Part shown: positions 1 to 17,970 of the stretch, piece by piece
How positions within the stretch are numbered: the stretch's first letter is position 1
Layout of the letters: each line of letters starts with the position of its first letter
Sequence record: OP172796.1
Length of the DNA: 64,000 bases
DNA from: Escherichia phage EF202P1
Strand: one strand, 5' to 3'
Position numbers and translations under genes: made by a program
The notes under the pieces: model-generated
What the model saw: only the letters and a program-made list of their open reading frames with translations
Database searches by the model: none
Told to the model about the DNA's origin: nothing

Positions 1-9
1 GTCGGGGCT

Positions 10-444
10 ATGAAGAACTTGCAAACGGCTAATGCTCAAGTTGGGTATTTTCAAGAACAAGGTCAACATAGCTCTGGTTTTTCTTATCCTGCTTTAATGT
101 ATTTACAAGAAGTTATTGGGGTTCCTTCAGCTTCTGGTAAAGTATATCGTAGGTTGTTTGAAATCACTATGATGCTAAACAGACAGGCCTTGTTAGAGCA
201 GACTAAGAAGAATCTATATAAGCAACTTAGCAGTCTCAATACAGACCCTTCAAACACCTTAGAAGCATTTGCAAAGAATGCTCAGAAGGCAATTAAAAGA
301 GGTTTTGGTAATTCTGCTATCCTCCCTCCTAACGCACCTTCCACAGTCAAGAAAAAAGGCTTTAATGCACCTCTTGTTGAGACAGGTGACTTAAGGGATA
401 ACCTTGCTTATAAAATTTCTACTAAGAAGGGTATTAAAAAATGA
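10..444 (+). CDS. hypothetical protein, neck/structural module (may extend upstream of window)
   Basis: ORF open in frame to window edge; directly upstream of sheath/tube genes; no motif recognised. Confidence 0.35.
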   Translation: MKNLQTANAQVGYFQEQGQHSSGFSYPALMYLQEVIGVPSASGKVYRRLFEITMMLNRQALLEQTKKNLYKQLSSLNTDPSNTLEAFAKNAQKAIKRGFGNSAILPPNAPSTVKKKGFNAPLVETGDLRDNLAYKISTKKGIKK

Positions 445-842
445 GGCTCTTAAACAGACACAGCTTTGTAGTAAAGCGTAAAGTCTCTGAAGACGGTTAT
501 TATAATGATGATGGTGATTGGGTAGCTTCACAAGATATTGTAGAGGTTAACTGCAAAGGTAATATCCAGCCATACATTAAAGGTTCTGTAAAGAACGGTA
601 CACAGATTGCTTTACCGGAAGGTATTAGGCTAACCGATACAAGAATCCTATATACCACATATAAACTTAGAACTTCAGATGATGTAGAGTGGAATGAGTC
701 TGATATTGTTATGATTGATGGTCATGAGTATGAAGTATTTATGACTATGGATTGGTCACAGCAATTAGCCCATACGTCCCATTATGAATATATCATTATT
801 AGAAGGGATAAAATGAATGCAGTTAGAAACAGCAGAACTTGA
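441..842 (+). CDS. hypothetical structural-module protein
   Basis: ATGA stop/start overlap with upstream ORF, same strand as tail genes. Confidence 0.35.
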   Translation: MRLLNRHSFVVKRKVSEDGYYNDDGDWVASQDIVEVNCKGNIQPYIKGSVKNGTQIALPEGIRLTDTRILYTTYKLRTSDDVEWNESDIVMIDGHEYEVFMTMDWSQQLAHTSHYEYIIIRRDKMNAVRNSRT

Positions 843-1416
843 AAAAGGTCTAGTTAGAACCTTAGTGGATGTTATTGGTCACAGACTAGCTCGTGATAAG
901 AATAATAGACCAAATGTAATTAGAGCTTACCCTTCTGATAACTCAAATGACAAAGGTTTAAAACCTGACCAGCCATTTATTACCGTATATTGTCAAGATG
1001 CTGCAACACCTTATGGTTGGGTTCTTGATAAGTTTGTTGAGGATGATGTAGTTTGCTACAGAATTGCTTTTCAGATTCCAGTATTAATTACGGTGAATGG
1101 TAAAGGTGCTCACAGTATTATGCTTGAGCTTAAACAACGATTAGAGATGAGTTCAGTCAGAGATTTAATCCTTGAAGAAACAGGAGCTACAGTATTAGAC
1201 ACTGGAGCAATCCCTAATGATTACACTTATCTCAATACAGATTTCGAAAATTCTGCACCTCTTGTTGTAACTCTTGTAAAAAACTCAGTCCTGAAAGATG
1301 AACGTGGAAGTATTATCGAGCGTGTCATTGTTGATGGTGAGTTAGTTTATGAAGAAGGACAAGAGCCACCAGAATATATTATCCATCTAGATGTAGACTC
1401 CAAAGGGGTAAAATAA
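817..1416 (+). CDS. hypothetical protein (possible tail completion/neck protein)
   Basis: Position immediately 5' of tail sheath gene; stop abuts sheath start codon. Confidence 0.3.
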   Translation: MQLETAELEKGLVRTLVDVIGHRLARDKNNRPNVIRAYPSDNSNDKGLKPDQPFITVYCQDAATPYGWVLDKFVEDDVVCYRIAFQIPVLITVNGKGAHSIMLELKQRLEMSSVRDLILEETGATVLDTGAIPNDYTYLNTDFENSAPLVVTLVKNSVLKDERGSIIERVIVDGELVYEEGQEPPEYIIHLDVDSKGVK

Positions 1417-2769
1417 ATGTGGAATCCAATTGTTAATGTAGATATTACATTGAACACCGCAGGAACTACAAGAGAAGGTTTTGGTTTACCACTATTCTTA
1501 GCTTCAACAGATAACTTTGAAGAAAGAGTACGTGGCTACACTTCCTTAACTGAAGTTGCTGAAGATTTCGATGAGAATACTGCTGCATATAAGGCTGCTA
1601 AACAACTTTGGAGTCAGACTCCTAAAGTAACTCAGCTTTATATTGGTAGACGTGCTATGCAGTACACTGTATCAATTCCTGATGCCGTTACCGAAAGTAC
1701 AGACTACTCGATTACTGTAGCTGCTGGCGGTGGAATTTCTCAACCATACCAGTATACAGCGCAAGACTCAGACACTGCTGAAGTAGTGTTGCAACAGTTT
1801 AAAACACAGATTGAAGCTGACCCAACAATCAAAGATAAGGTTTCTGTGAACGTAACTGGTAGCAATGGTTCTGCCACAATGATTATCACTAAAGCTGGTG
1901 ACAATGATTTTGTGAAGGTAACCACTACAGCACAGACTGTATCTATTGCAAGCACAACTGCCGATACAGCATCAACTGCTCTGGCAGCCATTGAAGCTTA
2001 TTCTACTGACTGGTATTTCATTGCAGCAGAAGATAGAACTCAACAGTTTGTCCTAGCAATGGCTTCTGAGATTCAGGCTCGTAAGAAAATCTTCTTCACT
2101 GCTAACTCTGATGTATCAGCACTACAAGGTACAGAATTAAACAGTGCAAACGATGTTCCAGCACAGCTTGCTAAGAGTATGTATACTCGCACAGTTTGCT
2201 TGTGGCATCACACAGCAGCAGAAGACTATCCAGAGATGGCATACATTGCTTATGGTGCTCCATACGATGCAGGGTCAATTGCTTGGGGTAATGCTCAGTT
2301 GACTGGTGTAGCTGCTTCTCTACAGCCAGCTAATAAGAGACCTCTGACAAGTATTCAGAAGTCAGCTTTAGATGCACGTCACTGTAACTTTATTGACCTT
2401 GATGGTGGTGTTCCAGTGGTTCGTAGAGGGATTACTTCTGGTGGGGAATGGATTGATATCATCCGTGGCGTTGACTGGTTAGAATCAGACCTGAAAACTT
2501 CTCTGAGAGACTTGCTAATTAACCAGAAGGGTGGTAAGATTACTTATGATGATACTGGTATTACCCGTATTCGTCAAGTCATTGAAACCTCTCTACAAAG
2601 AGCAGTCAACAGAAACTTCCTGTCATCTTACACAGTTAATGTTCCTAAAGCCTCTCAAGTTGCTTTGGCAGACAAGAAAGCTCGTATCCTGAAAGACGTT
2701 ACCTTCGCAGGTATCTTAGCAGGGGCTATCTTGGATGTTGACTTGAAAGGTACAGTGGCTTACGAATAA
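1417..2769 (+). CDS. tail sheath protein
   Basis: 450-aa protein followed by 148-aa tube-sized ORF, chaperone pair and tape measure (canonical sheath-tube-chaperone-TMP order); AAAGGGG RBS. Confidence 0.6.
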   Translation: MWNPIVNVDITLNTAGTTREGFGLPLFLASTDNFEERVRGYTSLTEVAEDFDENTAAYKAAKQLWSQTPKVTQLYIGRRAMQYTVSIPDAVTESTDYSITVAAGGGISQPYQYTAQDSDTAEVVLQQFKTQIEADPTIKDKVSVNVTGSNGSATMIITKAGDNDFVKVTTTAQTVSIASTTADTASTALAAIEAYSTDWYFIAAEDRTQQFVLAMASEIQARKKIFFTANSDVSALQGTELNSANDVPAQLAKSMYTRTVCLWHHTAAEDYPEMAYIAYGAPYDAGSIAWGNAQLTGVAASLQPANKRPLTSIQKSALDARHCNFIDLDGGVPVVRRGITSGGEWIDIIRGVDWLESDLKTSLRDLLINQKGGKITYDDTGITRIRQVIETSLQRAVNRNFLSSYTVNVPKASQVALADKKARILKDVTFAGILAGAILDVDLKGTVAYE

Positions 2770-2784
2770 TAGAGGTAAATTGGA

Positions 2785-3231
2785 ATGGCTATGTATCAGC
2801 AATATTCCCCTAAAGACGTTGTGTGTAGCTGGAATGGTATTGCCATTGAAGGCTTTGCCCCAGACTCATTCTTACGTCTACAGAGAACATCACCACTTGT
2901 GACACCAGTTGTTGGTGCAGGTGGTCAAGTTGCTCTGACTAGAAATGCAGACAAGACAGGTACTATTGAGATTGAGCTAATGCAGACTTCTCTCTCTAAT
3001 CAGATGCTTTCTGCAATTCAAGCTAAACAAGACAATATGGAACTTGAAGAAGATATCTCTTCTAACTTCGTAATCTACGACCCATCAGGCTCTGTTCTGG
3101 CAACTGGTATCAATGCTTGGTTGCAGGAACTACCACAGATTGAACTTGGTCGTGACCAGAACTCTAAAACTTGGATTTTTGGTTGTGAGAAGCTAGACTA
3201 CACTTCTACAATTCCAGCGTCAAGTGTTTAA
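2785..3231 (+). CDS. tail tube protein
   Basis: 148 aa, between sheath and chaperone genes; strong terminator follows. Confidence 0.55.
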   Translation: MAMYQQYSPKDVVCSWNGIAIEGFAPDSFLRLQRTSPLVTPVVGAGGQVALTRNADKTGTIEIELMQTSLSNQMLSAIQAKQDNMELEEDISSNFVIYDPSGSVLATGINAWLQELPQIELGRDQNSKTWIFGCEKLDYTSTIPASSV

Positions 3232-3243
3232 TAAATCCTATAA

Positions 3244-3275
3244 GGGGGAGACTTTAAAAGGTCTTCCCCTTTTTT
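3244..3275 (+). terminator. intrinsic terminator after tail tube gene
   Basis: GGGGGAGAC-loop-GTCTTCCCC then TTTTTT. Confidence 0.7.
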
Positions 3276-3304
3276 GTTTCTTTTAAAAGTATTAAGGAAT
3301 CACA

Positions 3305-3703
3305 ATGAAAACAGAATCTAGAGTAATTAATGGTAAGAAAGTAAATATTGTTCTGCTTGGGGCAAGAGATGGTATTAAGATGTCTATGAAGTTGGGTAAA
3401 ATTGTTGTTCCAACTTTTGCACAGATGCTATCAAGTCTGACTGATAAAGATAAGAAAGAAGCTCCAATGGTTCCATTTAAAGAACTTGTTGAAGCTTGTT
3501 TTGACAGAATTGAAGAAATTAACCTTGAAGAAATGGCTACCCTATTATTTCAAGGGGCAACTGTTGATGACTTCCCACTTAATATTGATACATACTTCCA
3601 AGCAAACTATGGTGAATTTATTGATTACTTAGCATTTGCGCTGGAGGCAAATTTCGGAAGTTTTTTCGAAGCAAGCATTTTCAAAAGCCTAACTTCTCAG
3701 TAA
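3305..3703 (+). CDS. tail assembly chaperone (G-like)
   Basis: Small acidic protein directly upstream of tape measure; slippery T_TTT_TTC near 3' end. Confidence 0.55.
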   Translation: MKTESRVINGKKVNIVLLGARDGIKMSMKLGKIVVPTFAQMLSSLTDKDKKEAPMVPFKELVEACFDRIEEINLEEMATLLFQGATVDDFPLNIDTYFQANYGEFIDYLAFALEANFGSFFEASIFKSLTSQ

Positions 3704-3705
3704 AC

Positions 3706-3944
3706 ATGGGTAACACTCTACAGACACCACTAACTGATGCTGCTGTAGAGGCAACCTATGAAGAAGCAGACGAGATGAAATTTGTGCTTGCTATTTATGG
3801 TATGGAAGGGTGTAAAGAAACACTTGACCAACTCTTTGCTATGACATTCTCTGATTTATTATCATTGAGACAATTTCTTGAAATTCAGAGGTCGTATAAA
3901 GAGGAAATTGCTTACAACGAACTTAGAAGAGCAGGAAAAATGTA

Positions 3945-3945
<1 letters not shown>
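3706..3945 (+). CDS. tail assembly chaperone, -1 frame extension (GT-like)
   Basis: ORF in -1 frame relative to 3305..3703 with no stop between slippery site and this ORF; ends at tape measure start. Confidence 0.45.
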
Positions 3946-11964
<8,019 letters not shown>

Positions 11965-11966
11965 TA

Positions 11967-13154
11967 ATGGCAGTAGGTGAAATTCAAATTAGTGCCTTGC
12001 CTCAAGCAGCCTTACCAATTGACCTTAGTGATATCTTCCATCTTAAGCAGGGTATTGAGGATAAGAGGTGTACTCTTGAGCAATTACTTGCTCCACACTC
12101 AAGCCTAAAAAATAACCCTCATGGTGTTACTAAAACACAAATTGGTTTAGATAATGTTATTAATGCTCTTCAGTTAGTCGCTGCAAATAACTTATCAGAT
12201 ATTGTTAATGTAGCTGAGGCAAGAGCAAATCTACAGATTATGTCTTCAGAAGAGGTTAATAACCTTGTTCAGCAACATATCAAGGACAAGAGTAACCCAC
12301 ACAATACAACTAAGGCACAGGTTGGTTTAAGTAATGTTCAGAACTGGACAACATCTAACCTGTATAATGAAGATGCAGATAAGTATGCTACAGCAAGAGC
12401 AGTAAATAATTTGTACAAGGCTGTTCAGGCTTCTTATCCAGTAGGTACTATCCATCTTTCTATGAACTCTGCAAACCCTTCTACATACTTAATTTGTGGA
12501 GGTACTTGGGAGTTGGTTTCAAAAGGTAGGGCATTGGTTGGCTATGACTCTGATACAAGGCCAGCAGGTTCTGTATTTGGTGCTTCGACTGTCACTTTGT
12601 CAGTTAATAACATGCCTCAACACTCACACTCTGTATCTCTTAGTGGTGGTGGTCACACTCATAATGCAACTGTTTCAATTTCAGCTTTTGACTATGGAAC
12701 AAAGACTACCAACTCTTTTGACTATGGAACAAAGACTACTAACACAACTGGTAACCACAATCACGTTGGTAGTGGGTCAACAAGTGCTGCTGGTGCTCAC
12801 AACCACAGATTGACCTATGAAGCGGGTGGTGGCCTATCGGAGAGACCTGCAATGGTTTGGTCTACAAGAAATGACCAATCATGGTACTCAGCAGATGCTG
12901 TCTGTGAAGTCGCTGGTTCGCACACCCACTCTTTTAGCGTTACCACTAACACAACTGGTAACCATAATCATACGGTGGGTATTGGTGCTCATAGCCATAC
13001 AGTTGGTATTGGTTCACACACACACAATGGTACTGTGGCAGTTTCTTCTTCTGAGCATACACATAGTGGAAACACTAATAGTGTTGGTGGTGGACAAGCT
13101 TTCAACATTGAGCAGCCATCATTCGTGCTGTATGTATGGCAGAGAACAGCTTAA
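11967..13154 (+). CDS. tail fibre protein (short), HxH-rich receptor-binding tip
   Basis: Two NPHxxTKxQxGLxNV fibre repeats; C-terminus with many GxHxH motifs (HTHNATV, GNHNH, GAHSHTVGIGSHTHNG) ending ...WQRTA. Confidence 0.75.
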   Translation: MAVGEIQISALPQAALPIDLSDIFHLKQGIEDKRCTLEQLLAPHSSLKNNPHGVTKTQIGLDNVINALQLVAANNLSDIVNVAEARANLQIMSSEEVNNLVQQHIKDKSNPHNTTKAQVGLSNVQNWTTSNLYNEDADKYATARAVNNLYKAVQASYPVGTIHLSMNSANPSTYLICGGTWELVSKGRALVGYDSDTRPAGSVFGASTVTLSVNNMPQHSHSVSLSGGGHTHNATVSISAFDYGTKTTNSFDYGTKTTNTTGNHNHVGSGSTSAAGAHNHRLTYEAGGGLSERPAMVWSTRNDQSWYSADAVCEVAGSHTHSFSVTTNTTGNHNHTVGIGAHSHTVGIGSHTHNGTVAVSSSEHTHSGNTNSVGGGQAFNIEQPSFVLYVWQRTA

Positions 13155-13164
13155 TTTCTTTACA

Positions 13165-13186
13165 GGGGCTTTATAGCCCCTTTTAA
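13165..13186 (+). terminator. intrinsic terminator between tail-fibre genes
   Basis: GGGGCT-TTAT-AGCCCC then TTTT. Confidence 0.6.
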
Positions 13187-13200
13187 GAGGAAAATTTATA

Positions 13201-15585
13201 ATGGCAGATTACAAATTGAGTGAATTAAACTCAATCGATACAATCCGTTCAGATGACCTTCTTCATGTCAGAGTTAAAAAGAGACCTGAAATGCTGGGTG
13301 ATGAAGACCGTCGAATGACCTATCAAGATTTCTTAGCATCTTTTAAGCTTGAGAGATTTGTTCAGATTATTGGTAGTACCATGACGGGTGATTTAGGTAT
13401 TGTTAAGTTACTTTATGGTGGTAAGACAGTATTTGACCCTACAGGCTCTTCTGAGATTAATATTGGGGATGTTTTAAAGACTTTTAAAATTAACGCAAAC
13501 GGTCTTAAGCTAACTATTGCAGATGCTTCAAGGTCGGCAACTGTTTACCATACCCTGAATAAGCCAAGTCCTAATGAGCTTGGGATGAGAACTAATGAAG
13601 AGAATGATGCAAGATACTCAAGATTAGCTGCAAATAACATCTTTACCTTCCAACAGGTTATTCAAGCAAATGGCGAAGCTATTAGACTAAAAAATTCTTC
13701 TGAGAACTCACCGTTGTATATTAGAGGTCAGGACAGCACTGGTGCTAATAGGTGGTATGTAGGTAATGGTTCAGGGAATGATGATGTTATTATCCACAAC
13801 TACAAGACAGGTTGTGAAGTGAATCTGTCTAGTGTTGCTGCTATCAGTAAAACACTTAGAATCACTGGTCAAGTCCAACCTTCTGACTTCTCTAACTTAG
13901 ATGCTAGATACTTCACACAGACAGTTGCTAATCAGAGATTTGCACAGTTAGCTGCTAATAACAATTTCACTGGCACTAACACGTTTAGCAGAAACCTACT
14001 TATTATTAGTGACAGTGCTGCTTTAAGGTTGAAAAATACTGTAGCAAATGCTGCACTATACGTTAAAGCCGAAGCTAATGATGGTTCTGGTAAGTGGTAT
14101 GTAGGAAATGGTGATAATACACCTGCTGTATTCATCAGCAACTATGTGTATGGTTCTTATCTTAGACTTGACAATGGTCATGTCGCAGTAAACAAGGACT
14201 TCAGAATCACTGGTCAAGTTCAACCTTCAGATTGGGCTAACATCGACTCTAGATACATCCCAGCAGCAACTTTGAGTAACCTACCTAAACTTAATGTTGC
14301 TAACACATTTGTGAATGTGCAAACTATTGTATCAAATAATGAAGGCGTAGTATTAAGAAACTTAACACAGGGACAGCCACAATATATCCGTGGTGTTGAT
14401 ACCCAGAATGTATCTAGGTGGTGGGTAGGTGTGGGTGGCACAAATTCTACTGATGTAGCATTAAACAACAGCTACTCTGGGACTCAAATTACTCTTATGT
14501 CCTCAGCGATTAAGGCTAATAAGAATCTAACCATTACTGGTCAAGTACAACCTTCTGATTGGTCTAACTTAGATGCTAGATATTTTGTTAAAACTCAGTT
14601 ATTAAATCAATCCTTAATGACTGTCTCTGTAGATAACCTTGAAAACCCTTCAGCATTTAATCTTGGATATTCAGGTTTTGTCAGAAACAACAGTGTGACT
14701 AGTGGTCTGAAAGAGTTGGCAATTCATGTTGCTCACTCTAGTAAGTCTGCTGCACATGCAAGGGGTATCTCTTTTGTATACGGTTCAAACGGTTTGGCAA
14801 CATTCACCTATGCCTATGACAAAGACGGCAGATATGCTGGGGAAGCACAGCTTTACACAACTGATTTTAAACCAACCCCTTCAGATATTGGTGCATACAC
14901 TAAAGCTGAAACTGACCAGAAGATTGCACAGGCAGTAAGTGACTCTACAGACCTTAACAAAATCTATCCAGTTGGTATTGTAACGTGGTTTAACAGTAAT
15001 GTTGACCCTAATACAGCACTTCCTGGTCTAACTTGGACGTACCTGAACAATGGTGTTGGTAGAACTATCAGAATCGCAGCAGCAAACGGTTCAGATGTTG
15101 CTACAACTGGTGGTTCAGACTCTGTAACTTTAGCTGTTGGTAACTTACCATCACACACTCACAGTTTCTCTGCTACCACTTCATCTTTTGATTATGGTAC
15201 GAAGGGCACTAATAGTACTGGTGGTCATACTCACTCTGTAAGTGGTACAACAAGTGCTGCTGGTAACCACGCTCACCACTTAGGTTTGTTATTAGTTAAT
15301 GGTGGCGATGCTTTGTACGGTTATACAACAGTTGGTAACAATAAGACAAGGACTCTTGACTGGCTTGACAGAACTGATAACAAGTTCCCTAACACTAACA
15401 CAACTGGTAACCATACACACACATGGTCTGGTACTACAAGCAACACTGGTGCTCACACCCACTCTGTAGGTATCGGTGCTCACACTCATACAGTTAGTGG
15501 TAACACTGGTGGTACAGGTTCTGGTTCAGCATTTAGTGTTACTAACCAGTTCTACAAGTTAATGGCTTGGGTAAGAACTGCTTAA
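13201..15585 (+). CDS. tail fibre protein (long) with three internal ~110-aa repeats and HxH-rich tip
   Basis: Three repeats ending [10 protein letters not shown](W/F)(S/A)N(L/I)D(A/S)RY; C-terminus paralogous to 11967..13154 (SFDYGTKxTN, TNTTGNHx[17 protein letters not shown], ...WVRTA). Confidence 0.8.
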   Translation: MADYKLSELNSIDTIRSDDLLHVRVKKRPEMLGDEDRRMTYQDFLASFKLERFVQIIGSTMTGDLGIVKLLYGGKTVFDPTGSSEINIGDVLKTFKINANGLKLTIADASRSATVYHTLNKPSPNELGMRTNEENDARYSRLAANNIFTFQQVIQANGEAIRLKNSSENSPLYIRGQDSTGANRWYVGNGSGNDDVIIHNYKTGCEVNLSSVAAISKTLRITGQVQPSDFSNLDARYFTQTVANQRFAQLAANNNFTGTNTFSRNLLIISDSAALRLKNTVANAALYVKAEANDGSGKWYVGNGDNTPAVFISNYVYGSYLRLDNGHVAVNKDFRITGQVQPSDWANIDSRYIPAATLSNLPKLNVANTFVNVQTIVSNNEGVVLRNLTQGQPQYIRGVDTQNVSRWWVGVGGTNSTDVALNNSYSGTQITLMSSAIKANKNLTITGQVQPSDWSNLDARYFVKTQLLNQSLMTVSVDNLENPSAFNLGYSGFVRNNSVTSGLKELAIHVAHSSKSAAHARGISFVYGSNGLATFTYAYDKDGRYAGEAQLYTTDFKPTPSDIGAYTKAETDQKIAQAVSDSTDLNKIYPVGIVTWFNSNVDPNTALPGLTWTYLNNGVGRTIRIAAANGSDVATTGGSDSVTLAVGNLPSHTHSFSATTSSFDYGTKGTNSTGGHTHSVSGTTSAAGNHAHHLGLLLVNGGDALYGYTTVGNNKTRTLDWLDRTDNKFPNTNTTGNHTHTWSGTTSNTGAHTHSVGIGAHTHTVSGNTGGTGSGSAFSVTNQFYKLMAWVRTA
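13600..14590 (+). repeat. three tandem ~330-345-nt intragenic repeats in long tail-fibre gene
   Basis: ATCACTGGTCAAGT(C/T)CAACCTTC at about 13861, 14206, 14534. Confidence 0.6.
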
Positions 15586-15592
15586 TCCCTTG

Positions 15593-15621
15593 TTGACTGA
15601 TTGTTAAGATGGTGTTAATAT
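15593..15621 (+). promoter_or_regulatory. sigma70-like promoter (TTGACT-17-TAATAT) overlapping a 9-bp inverted repeat
   Basis: Hexamers at correct spacing; AAGATGGTG/CACCATCTT stem straddles -10. Confidence 0.45.
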
Positions 15622-15664
15622 TCTTTATGGGTATTCTCACCATCTTGGCTGATGAGGTGATTAA

Positions 15665-15862
15665 ATGCCTACAATCCTAGCAATTCTTCTAAAAAATCTA
15701 GGTAGCTTCTTCTGGAAACTCATTTTATCCCTTCTAAGTGAATACATGATTGAGAAAGTGTTCTTTAGGCTTGCAAGATACCTTGCGAGTAAAACAGACA
15801 CACCTATTGATGATGAGTTCGTAGATAACTTAGAAAAAGCTTTTAAGGGGGAGAATAAATGA
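15665..15862 (+). CDS. small membrane protein (holin-like candidate)
   Basis: 65 aa, hydrophobic N-terminus, charged C-terminus; follows promoter+hairpin after tail fibre. Confidence 0.3.
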   Translation: MPTILAILLKNLGSFFWKLILSLLSEYMIEKVFFRLARYLASKTDTPIDDEFVDNLEKAFKGENK

Positions 15863-16230
15863 AGTGGCTAGAGGAAGCTTTTAAAAATAATATTGGTGCA
15901 ATTGTAGTTGGTATTTTTAGTGTTATTGGGATGTATACCACCATGCAAGTTTCGGATGGTAAACAAGAAGTGTCTATCACAACAAAGTTACAGCAGTTGG
16001 ATAATTATTCCAAAAGTAATTATTCAGCTATCCGTGATTTACAGTCTGATATGAGGTTGCTTCAGCTAGGGATGGAGAACCAGAAAGTCCAGTTAGAGAA
16101 TGTTAAGGGTGAGAACGCAAAACTTACTAAGACTCTTGATAAATTCTCTGATAGTGTGAACAATCTGGCTCAATCAGTATCAGCCCTCCAAGCTATTACT
16201 GAAAAGAACACAAAGAATACTGAAAAGTAA
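15859..16230 (+). CDS. membrane-anchored coiled-coil protein
   Basis: N-terminal TM segment (IGAIVVGIFSVIGMYTT) plus coiled-coil rest; coupled to upstream ORF. Confidence 0.3.
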   Translation: MKWLEEAFKNNIGAIVVGIFSVIGMYTTMQVSDGKQEVSITTKLQQLDNYSKSNYSAIRDLQSDMRLLQLGMENQKVQLENVKGENAKLTKTLDKFSDSVNNLAQSVSALQAITEKNTKNTEK

Positions 16231-16237
16231 AGTTTAA

Positions 16238-16265
16238 GGCTCCTTTTTACGGGAGCCTTTTTTGT
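16238..16265 (+). terminator. intrinsic terminator at end of + strand structural block
   Basis: GGCTCC-loop-GGAGCC then TTTTTTGTTTT; convergent with thyA. Confidence 0.7.
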
Positions 16266-16266
16266 T

Positions 16267-17166
16267 TTATTTACCTACTGACAAAGGTGCTTCAATCTTT
16301 CCTGCATGTTGGTAATTGTTAATACCACCAATAAAGTCACTTGCAGTGAGATGTTTTAAGTCACTTAAAGTGTTAAGTGGGATACCAATCTCAAAAGTTG
16401 GTGCATGGAACTCTTCATTGTTCATCAGTTCATAAACCTGCTTCATATGGTTCTGATAAATCTGGGTATCTCCAAAAACACCTATCAAGTACCGTGGAGT
16501 GTATCCAGCCATCTTACAAAGAACTTCCAGAATAAAGCCATAAGATGCAATGTTAAAGGGAAGTCCTAAAAAGGTGTCTACAGAACGCTGATACCATTGT
16601 AAGTCAACTTCACCCTCGTTAGTGATATAAATCTGAAACAGAACATGACAAGGTGCTAAAGCCATTGAGTTAGCTGCAATATCTGCTGCATTCCAAGCAT
16701 TAACAAGCATGTAACGGTCTGTGATATCACCCTTCATCTTCGTTACTAAGGTATCTAACTGGTCTACAACACAACCATTATGACCTTCAAAGTTCCTCCA
16801 CTGAACCCCATAAATCCTTCCACCTGCATCTTCTAACCAATCTTGTTCAGAAGAATAATTAGAGCTTAACCAGCGTTTGAAATCATCTGACCAGATTGTC
16901 CAACGTTCTCCGTCATTTTCACCCCAAGTACGGTAACGGAGTTCACCCAGTTTATTCTCACCGTTCAGGAACCATAAAGCTTCCCCAATAACTTGCCGTG
17001 TAAACACCTGTTTAGATGTTAAAAGTGGGAAACCAGTTCTCATATCAAAACGAAATTGTGGTGGAGCAAATGCAGAGATAACAGCTCCAGTTCGTGTAGT
17101 ACGCAGTTCACCGACTGATAAAACATGGTTCAGGATATTTTTGTAACTTGTATCTGCTTGTGACAT
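16267..17166 (-). CDS. thyA: thymidylate synthase (ThyA type)
   Basis: Active-site region ALAPCHVLFQ and overall ThyA-like sequence. Confidence 0.9.
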   Translation of the reverse strand: MSQADTSYKNILNHVLSVGELRTTRTGAVISAFAPPQFRFDMRTGFPLLTSKQVFTRQVIGEALWFLNGENKLGELRYRTWGENDGERWTIWSDDFKRWLSSNYSSEQDWLEDAGGRIYGVQWRNFEGHNGCVVDQLDTLVTKMKGDITDRYMLVNAWNAADIAANSMALAPCHVLFQIYITNEGEVDLQWYQRSVDTFLGLPFNIASYGFILEVLCKMAGYTPRYLIGVFGDTQIYQNHMKQVYELMNNEEFHAPTFEIGIPLNTLSDLKHLTASDFIGGINNYQHAGKIEAPLSVGK

Positions 17167-17167
17167 A

Positions 17168-17713
17168 TCAAAAGTGTCCTTTTACTTGTGGAACATAAAT
17201 TTCAAAAGTTGCTTTACCATCCTCTGATGGTTTTGACTGTACCTTTGTAAATACACGGTTATCATACAGCTTCTCAAAGAAGTTTTCAAAAGGTAAATGC
17301 ACAGTGGCCTCTTCAGTAACTTTATGGAAAACAGTATGGAACACCACACCAGCATACGGTAAAGCATTGACAAGGATACCTGCACCACCAATTACAAAGA
17401 CATCTTCATCAATAGAGCTATCAAGATACTTCAAAAATGCTCCAAATGAATCTTTACTGGCTTTAGCATACATTACATCATCTTTGCCAAAGTCTATGCC
17501 TAAGTATGGTACAGAATTTGTTAAGATGAGGTTTGCACGTTCTGGTAAAGGCTTACTCCCCAGAGTCTTGAAAGTCTCATTCCCCATCACTACTAAGTTA
17601 TTTTTAGTGAGTCTCTTAAACTCTTGCATGTCCTGTTTATGTCGAGGCCACGGCATACCAGTTGGAGTACCAAACTCACCATTTTCACCACTTGCAAAGA
17701 TTAATTTAATCAT
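17168..17713 (-). CDS. frd: dihydrofolate reductase
   Basis: N-terminal DHFR signature (IFA...GMPWPRH...VVMGNETFKTLG); adjacent to thyA as in T4 frd-td. Confidence 0.85.
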   Translation of the reverse strand: MIKLIFASGENGEFGTPTGMPWPRHKQDMQEFKRLTKNNLVVMGNETFKTLGSKPLPERANLILTNSVPYLGIDFGKDDVMYAKASKDSFGAFLKYLDSSIDEDVFVIGGAGILVNALPYAGVVFHTVFHKVTEEATVHLPFENFFEKLYDNRVFTKVQSKPSEDGKATFEIYVPQVKGHF

Positions 17714-17970
17714 TTTGTAAACCCTCTCTTAATGAACCAGTTGATAACAGTCTTCACAGCTTTATTGCTATGGTAGATTAAGTGTGGTGTAGGTTGGTAT
17801 GAACCATAAGCCCAGAATGATAGGTGCTCACCACAACCAACACATGTAGTACTCTCTTCAGCTATATGACCATTAACAATCATATGAACTTCACCTTGCA
17901 AGTCTGTACATCCACAATGTGGACAACGAATGGGTGTTCCATCAGACTCATAACAGTGTTCAATTTTCAT
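17710..17970 (-). CDS. zinc-ribbon small protein
   Basis: CPHCGC ... CVGCGEH pattern. Confidence 0.4.
   Translation of the reverse strand: MKIEHCYESDGTPIRCPHCGCTDLQGEVHMIVNGHIAEESTTCVGCGEHLSFWAYGSYQPTPHLIYHSNKAVKTVINWFIKRGFTK

Noticed and set aside
1740-1991. Short antisense or embedded ORFs inside long genes (e.g. 1740..1991, 5249..5440, 5900..6127, 26065..26487, 30762..31031, 47585..48112)
   Set aside because: Entirely contained within well-supported longer CDSs on the opposite or same strand, without RBS or recognisable motifs.
1417-2769. 450-aa protein as the major capsid protein
   Set aside because: It is immediately followed by a tube-sized ORF, a chaperone pair with slippery site and the tape measure, which is the sheath position in contractile-tail modules; no capsid-fold evidence is visible by eye.
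12496-13176. ORFs 12496..12813 and 12817..13176 (+) as genes
   Set aside because: They are alternative-frame readings of the repetitive HxH-coding part of the tail-fibre gene 11967..13154 and give low-complexity Leu/Val/Thr-rich products.
16238-16265. The 16.2-kb hairpin as a bidirectional terminator also serving thyA
   Set aside because: On the minus strand the stem is followed by TTAAACTTTAC rather than a U-tract, so only + strand termination is supported.
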